From Ophelia neglecta (taxonomy: Eukaryota): a stretch of DNA of 64,000 nucleotides. The position numbers and the translations under genes are program-made. Shown here piece by piece: positions 60,931 to 64,000 of this stretch. The first letter of the stretch is position 1. Each line of letters starts with the position of its first letter. Under the pieces are notes generated by a model. It was not told the DNA's origin, searched no databases, and worked only from the letters and a program-made list of their open reading frames with translations. The stretch covers positions 123,194,001 to 123,258,000 of the forward strand of contig OZ260661.1 of assembly GCA_965285935.1 (NCBI GenBank), given 5' to 3'.

Positions 60931-62611
60931 GTATATTGGCAGAATAATGTAGCCGGTTAATATCAAAATTCTTTTAAAAACGAAAACAAACACCATTGGG
61001 AGCCCTACCCCTTTTGCTTAATAGCGTAGGCGAATAACATCCGGAGTGCCAACTGGCCAACAAATACCTGAAAATGAATAGAAGATAACACGTCAATATG
61101 TTTTAGCCTTGAAACATTGATGTCGATAGTGACTAATATTTACGCAGGACAAATATATATATATATATTGCCCTCTTTTTAAACAATTTTGTTATTAAAA
61201 GGCCCAAACGTTATTTACTTATGCCTGCAGGACAAAGCAGGCAGAGCATGGATCTGTTCGCTTTTGCAATCGAAATATCGATCTGGTGATTTAGTTATAC
61301 CTTTTTTACCCATGAGATGTGTTACTCTCAGTAAACAGGCCAGGAAATCGAACTGTTATACATGCACTTGAACTTGAAGAAGTCTTTCTCTATATGCAGT
61401 TTAATTGTTCACAAAGCATAAATCAGTCGCTCTTGGATACAGCGTTACTTATAATAACTCTTATGATTTAACGGTATATTTCGAAAGGGTAGATTCTTAG
61501 AATGGTCAAATTTAAACATTCCTTGGGTATAATTAACCTGTGCCAGCAGGACAGAGCATGCTGAGCATGGGTCTGTCTGCTTTTGCAATTGGCAATATCG
61601 ATCTAGTGACTTAATACCACATGAATCACCAACCCCAATACTAAGTGAATCACCGAACTGTCAATGGTGGCATTGCGATAGCCCGCTTGATGTTAATCTC
61701 AGTATTAGAACTATGCATATAGGATGCAGATTGTTGCAAGTCTCCTGGAAGCAGTGTGACATTGCGACCAAAGAATTTGAGGCAAAAGATCAGATGAGTG
61801 CAATGATTCATTCTTGCTGGACGCATCAAAGATGAGGTCCCTTGTAGGAATTGGCAAAGTACCCCGGAATGGGTGGCATATTCTTGTGTGCCTCGTTGAT
61901 ACACACTGCCTCATTTATAAAATGGTACTGCAATATTCATAGTCCACCGAATATCTCACGGAATTCAGAATATCTAAAGTCGCGTAATATCATTCTATGA
62001 CTGGGATACGATTACTTAAAAAAATTTGCTAGATATCGTTACAGTTTGGGAAATGCTGTTTTTTTCAAGCGGTTCTTGGTAGCTGATGGCTAATAATGGA
62101 TTATCATCGCAAACTGCTAGCTACAAGCTAAAAAGTGATAGATCCACTTTAAGGCTCCTCACTCAGCGTATTACTGTCCGCGTCTACTCCATGTAGATGA
62201 TTATTAACGTTTGATTTAACTTTGTGTCCCGGTTGCCACTGTTTTAAAATACCACCTTATATGTTAGTCATATTAGACAACGTTGTTAGAAAACGTAATC
62301 TTTTCCCTGATCCCGCGGCTTGTTGGCACTTTTTAGTACAAAAATGTAGCCACGATGTATAGGTATTTTCTATTCAATAATACAAATTTAAACACTACTA
62401 TAGACATGTGGACAATAACAGCATCGCGACCTATAAATGGTCTGGCAACGTTAGCTAGCTCACACTTGGCAGATTAATTAGACATGTAGACAGCAAGGTA
62501 TATTACAGCCCTGGATAAACTTATTATCTATACATTTTGACCTGAATTTTGGTGTGAACAGTCTTTGAGAACAGCGGTTAATCACATATATAAACATTCC
62601 ATGTTAACTTC

Positions 62612-62684
62612 AGGTTTCGGCGAGGATAAAACTGGCGACCTTCAACGTGTGAAGCAGACGTGATAACCGCTACACCACGAAATT
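62612..62684 (-). tRNA. tRNA-Val(CAC)-derived pseudogene, second copy
   Basis: AATTTCGTGGTGTAGCGGTTATCACGTCTGCTTCACACGTTGAAGGTCGCCAGTTTTATCCTCGCCGAAACCT. T-loop and anticodon stem are degraded. Confidence 0.7.
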
Positions 62685-64000
62685 TTCGGTTCAAGCAAGC
62701 ATGTGACAATTTTTTTCTCTGGATCCTCCCGCTATGATGTATTTTGGTTACAATAATATTTTAATGATCTGAATTTTGCACCTTCGGGAATGAATCGTGA
62801 CCAGGGAGTATGTCATTGAGATCGGCAAATATTTGGAAATACTGGTTTATCACTGTATCATTGAATAAGTTCTGCAGGTTACCTTACCTGGTAAAGCTAG
62901 ACCCAATAGTTCGCTATGTGCTTAATATGATGTTTGTGTCCAGAGGAGCAAGGGCATCAATTGAACCACGAACATACCATGATATTATCTACTGACTGGT
63001 TGCATTTAATAAGGGTGCAGGGTGGGTGGGATTACATGTGTAGTGTAGGGGGGGGGGGGGTATAGAAGTTAAATTCTCATGATGATTTCCTTTTAAATTT
63101 TATGGCAAACTGGCATTTTGTTAAGTAATTTGCCGCGACAAGGTTTATAACCTGGCATTTGTTTAACTTCAAACGAACAATTTCTTTCATCAATATTCTG
63201 GCTCAATTCCCACTTATCTAATCCCTGATCACCGAACAACTGCAATGAAAATGTCGGATACCGCATGAGAAGCAAGCCAAAACAAATTCAATTTGAAGGC
63301 AGATGTTTCAAAGGACTAGAGAAAGAATTGCAAAAGTGTATATTAAAGACACCGTAGGAAAAAGGATACTTAAGGAGCAATATTCCTAAAAACGACCTGT
63401 GCCTTGATTGAAAACTTTTTTAATGAGACCCGCGTGGTCTCCAGCCTAATTTACTACTTCCTGAATGGGAGGAAAATGATCATCAACCCTCAATAAACGA
63501 TAAATAGGAGACGATAAAATACCAATTTTGGATGTTTCATTTTCCACTAAGCTACATAAACGACTTTCTGAAAACCTTTGTAATAAGGTTTATGAAGGTC
63601 GTGTTCGTCGAGGGACTCCCGATTGACAACTGTGTCCACCTATATAGTCTGAAAAGACAATCACATTTAGTGTGATAAATTTAATATTTATCAGTTGATG
63701 ATTGACTCGTCGTTTTTTTATGTTTCGACTTTCATGCATGTCCATGACATACAAATTAAGACACAAACGCCGTAACGATGCTATATCGTATGGATAGCTG
63801 GCTGTACAATTGTTATGTCTTTCCTTTGTTTATATTTCAACGGGGATATATAAGACAACCAAAAAGGGTTGCTCTACAGCTAACGACTGCATTATTCATG
63901 TCGGCTGCTTCTTTACCTTCTCCCGCCCTTGACGTGGGCAGGGTGAATTGCTTATCAATCCGCTTTGGACCGAGGATGCAGCTGCCTGGAAGTGGGGGCG

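Larger units (their letters stand above)
56837..62940 (+). repeat. Large tandem duplication unit 2
   Basis: Starts GAGTCAGAGCACAAAAC like unit 1 (GAGTCAGAGCACCAAAC) and is collinear with it. Confidence 0.9.

Noticed and set aside
1-64000. CRISPR arrays, operons, rRNA or other prokaryotic systems
   Set aside because: No regularly spaced repeat-spacer array or rRNA seen; intron-containing genes and LINEs show that the DNA is eukaryotic.

Overview
Eukaryotic (animal, probably marine invertebrate) AT-rich genomic DNA with GT-AG introns; no prokaryotic features. From left to right: (1) the 5' half of a DIRS/Ngaro-type retrotransposon on the minus strand (gag-like ORF plus RT with two single-base frameshifts); (2) a duplicated ~680-bp promoter whose second copy drives a two-exon secreted precursor made of a signal peptide, a piscidin-like cationic peptide with an amidation/furin site, and an acidic EF-hand domain; (3) terminal exons of a Cys-rich repeat protein; (4) a 2812-aa single-coding-exon, largely disordered protein carrying seven ~54-aa repeats with RVxW-type cores; (5) a long TE-littered interval (LINE remnants, a MITE); (6) a tandem duplication carrying a decayed class A GPCR and a CR1-type LINE insertion; (7) a two-exon stand-alone NHL beta-propeller gene; (8) a ~5.6-6.1 kb tandem duplication in which each unit holds a tRNA-Val(CAC) pseudogene and a heavily decayed intronless gene that reads as signal peptide-LRR-7TM-kinase-like. 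All calls come from manual translation and motif recognition; no searches were run.
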